Source of the DNA: Vicugna vicugna
Taxonomy: Eukaryota
Reading direction: 5' to 3'
DNA length: 64,000 nucleotides
NCBI GenBank assembly: GCA_013265495.1
Contig: MU058584.1
Coordinates: 6,910,407 to 6,974,406 of the forward strand
Below the pieces are notes generated by a model that saw only the letters and a program-made list of their open reading frames with translations, had not been told where the DNA came from and made no database searches. The translations under genes were made by a program, and so were the position numbers. Shown here piece after piece: positions 61,236 through 64,000 of this stretch. The number at the start of each line of letters is the position of its first letter. Position 1 is the first letter of the stretch.

Positions 61236-64000
61236 CAGCTGACCCTTGAACAACATGGGTTTGAACTGTGTAGGTCCACTCATCTGCAGATTTTTTTCAA
61301 CATAGTAGAAAAATTTGAGGAGATTTGTGAAAATTTGAAAAAATTCGCAAATTACAAAGCCTAGAAATATTGAAAAAATTAAGGAAAACGGGTGTCATGA
61401 ATGCGTAAAATATATATAGATACTATTTTATCACTTACTACCATCAAATATACAAAAATCTATTATAAAGTTTTCAATTTATCAAAACTTGCACTCACAC
61501 AGACCATACATTTGCAATCAAGAGAAATGTAAGCAGATGTAAAGATGCAGCATTAAATCATAACAGCGTAAAATTAACTGTAGTGCACACTGTACTGCTG
61601 TAATAACTTCGTGGCCACCTCCTGTCGCTGTTGTGCTGAGCTCAGGTGTTTCGAGTATCTGCTTAAAACACTATGTGATGCTAATCATCTCTGCCTGAGC
61701 AGTTCATCTCTCTGGTAAATCTTATATCACAGTAAAATGATCTCTCACAGTTCTCACATATTTTTCATCATGTTTAGTGCAATACCGTAAACCTTGAATA
61801 ACACCATGGGACCCATCCAAAATGCCACTAGTGATGCTGGCAGTGCTCCCAAGAAGCAGAAAAAGAGTCATAACATTACAAGGAAAAGTTGAATTGCTTG
61901 ATATGTACAGTAAATTGAGGTCTGCAGCTACAGTTGCCTCTCATTTTAAGATTAATGAATCCAGTATAAAGACCATTGTAAAAAAAAAAAAGAAAAAAGA
62001 AAATTTGTGAAGCCATCACTGTAGCTATGCCAGCAGGCATGAAAACCTTGCACTTTTTTTATGAAATACCTGTTTATCTTGTATTGAAAATGCAGCTTTT
62101 ATGTCAGTGCAGGATTGCTGTAAGAAAGGCATTCCTATAGACTAAAATGATTTGAGAAAAAGTGAAATCGTTAATGACAAAGCAAAAGGAAGGTGAAGAA
62201 TTTAAAGCTGAAGAACTCAATGCCAGAAAAGGATGGTTTGATAATTTTAGAAAGACGTTTGGCTTAAAGAAAATGTCAAGATAACAGGAGAAGCAGCTTC
62301 TGCTGACCCAAAGGCAGCAGGTGAGTTCCCAGATGTCATTAAGATGAGGAGAAAGAGAGAAAGGATATCTACCTGAACAGATTTTTAACGCATACTAAAG
62401 CACCCTATTCTGGAGAGGGGAAATGCCACAAAGGACATGTATTGGTAACGAAGAGAAGTGAGCACCAGGATTCAAGGCAGAAAGGAATAGGCTAACTCTT
62501 CTATTGTGTGTAAATGCCGTCGGGTTTATGATCAGGACTGCCCTGGTCTATAAAGCTGCTAACCCCTAAGCCTTGAGGGGAAAAGATAAATACCCACTGC
62601 CAGTCTTTTGGTTGTACAAGAAGGCCTGGACCAGAAGAACCCTTTTTCTGGATTGGTCCCATTGATGCTTTGTCCCTGAAATCAGGAAGTACCTTGCTGG
62701 CAAATGACTACCTTTTAAAGTTCCTTTGATATTGAACAATGACCCTGGCCACCCAGAACCCCACGATTTCAACACAAGGCATCAAAGTGCTCCATGGAAA
62801 GGATTGCCAAAGCTACGGAAGAGAACCCTAATAGAGAGAACCTCATGAAAGTCTGGAAGGATTGCACCACTGAAGATGCCATCATGGTTATAGAAAAAGC
62901 CGTGAAAACCAGCAAGCCTGAAACAATAAATTCCTGCTGGAGAAAACTGTCCAAATGTTGTACGCATTTCACCAGATTTGCGACAGAGCCAATCAAGGAG
63001 ATCCTGAAGCAGATTGTGGATATGGGGGGGAAAAAAAAGTTGGGGATGGGGGAGGTGAGAGGTTCCAAGATATGGATCTCAGAGAAATTCAAGAGCTAAT
63101 ATATACCACACCAGAGGAATTAACAGAAGATGACTTGATGGAGATGAGTTCTTCCGAACCAGCGTCAGACAATGAGGAAGAAGATATAGAAGAAATAGTG
63201 CCAGAAAACAAATTGACATTAGACAATCTAGCAGAAGGGTTCCAGTTATTTAAGACTGATTTTGACTTCTTTTATGACATGGACCCTTCTATTATACAGG
63301 CACTGAAACTAAAGCAAATGATGAGAGAGGAATTGGTACCATATAGAAATGTTTTAGAGAAATGAAAAAGGAAAAAAGTCAGACAGAAATTACAATGTAT
63401 TTCCATAAAGTTACACCATGTGTGCCTGCCTCTCTTGCCTCCCCTTCCACCTCCTCCACCTCTTCCACCTCTGCCATCCCTGGGGCAGGAAGACCGACCC
63501 GTCTTTCTCCTCCTCCTCCTCAGCCTACTCACCATGAAGACAACAAGGATGAAGACCCTTATGATGATCCACTTTCCTTTAATGAATAGTAAATCATCAT
63601 CATGCCATACAGTTAACAGACATGTGCATGCGTGCAAGTGTCTTCATATGAAAATCTAATAACTACATGGAAAGAACTGTAGGAGAAGTTTTTATCTTAT
63701 CATCAACATTGCTCAAGTATTTATCGTGTAAAAATATCGTAAGACTTATGTGGAAATGGATCGTCCATCCTTACATAGGCATGAGCTGAGTGATATTTGC
63801 GGTAATATAAAATTAATAATATGTTGGTTTTCTATTCTCCAACTTTGCTTTCAAAGAATTACATTACTATACAGTCTGCCTCTCTCATATTTGGGAAAAC
63901 TATCAGCCTATCATCACAGGTAAGTGGGTTTTTTTTTTTAATGTAACAGTGTTTCCAATACTGTATTATGAATATGACTGTAAGACTCTATGCCATAAGA
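61236..64000 (+). mobile_element. Long Tigger2-family (pogo-like) DNA transposon with decayed transposase, running off the window
   Basis: TIR CAGCTGACCCTTGAACAACATGGGTTTGAACTG; HTH remnant RKRVITLQGKVELLDMY..HFKINESSIKTIVK; DDE-region and acidic C-terminal remnants; many stops and frameshifts. Confidence 0.9.

Noticed and set aside
62955..63365. Acidic ORF as a domesticated TIGD-like gene
   Set aside because: A fragment of a Tigger transposase with multiple upstream stops and frameshifts.
1..64000. CRISPR arrays, operons or other prokaryotic systems
   Set aside because: The sequence is mammalian (spliceosomal introns, L1/SINE/ERV) and I saw no repeat-spacer arrays.

Overview
Mammalian genomic DNA from the flavin-containing monooxygenase (FMO) gene cluster, most likely a camelid, judged from eight copies of a tRNA-derived SINE matching the camelid Vic-1 family. 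It holds the complete FMO1 coding region on + (8 coding exons, 485-25713, 1599 nt, 532 aa, all GT-AG and phase-compatible) and most of FMO4 on + (probable promoter near 37.5 kb, 7 coding exons at 41946-60555, last exon beyond the window). The rest is intronic or intergenic and rich in mobile elements: L1s (one young, with an open ORF2 C-terminus), Vic-1 SINEs, MIR/L2, hAT and Tigger2 DNA transposons, solo LTRs, and a ~5-kb deleted ERV9/W-like provirus inside FMO4. I see no wholly new multi-gene system. The best leads are: (1) the provirus 3' LTR survives as a CpG island with Sp1/NRF1/YY1/E-box motifs while its partner LTR has decayed, a candidate exapted intragenic promoter; (2) an upstream strong-context ATG could add 31 aa in frame to FMO4; (3) a SINE target-site duplication copied an FMO1 splice donor; (4) FMO1 has non-conservative changes in normally conserved motifs. 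Repeat family names, orthologue sequences and exon sizes are recalled from memory, not searched. Exon numbering below counts coding exons only.
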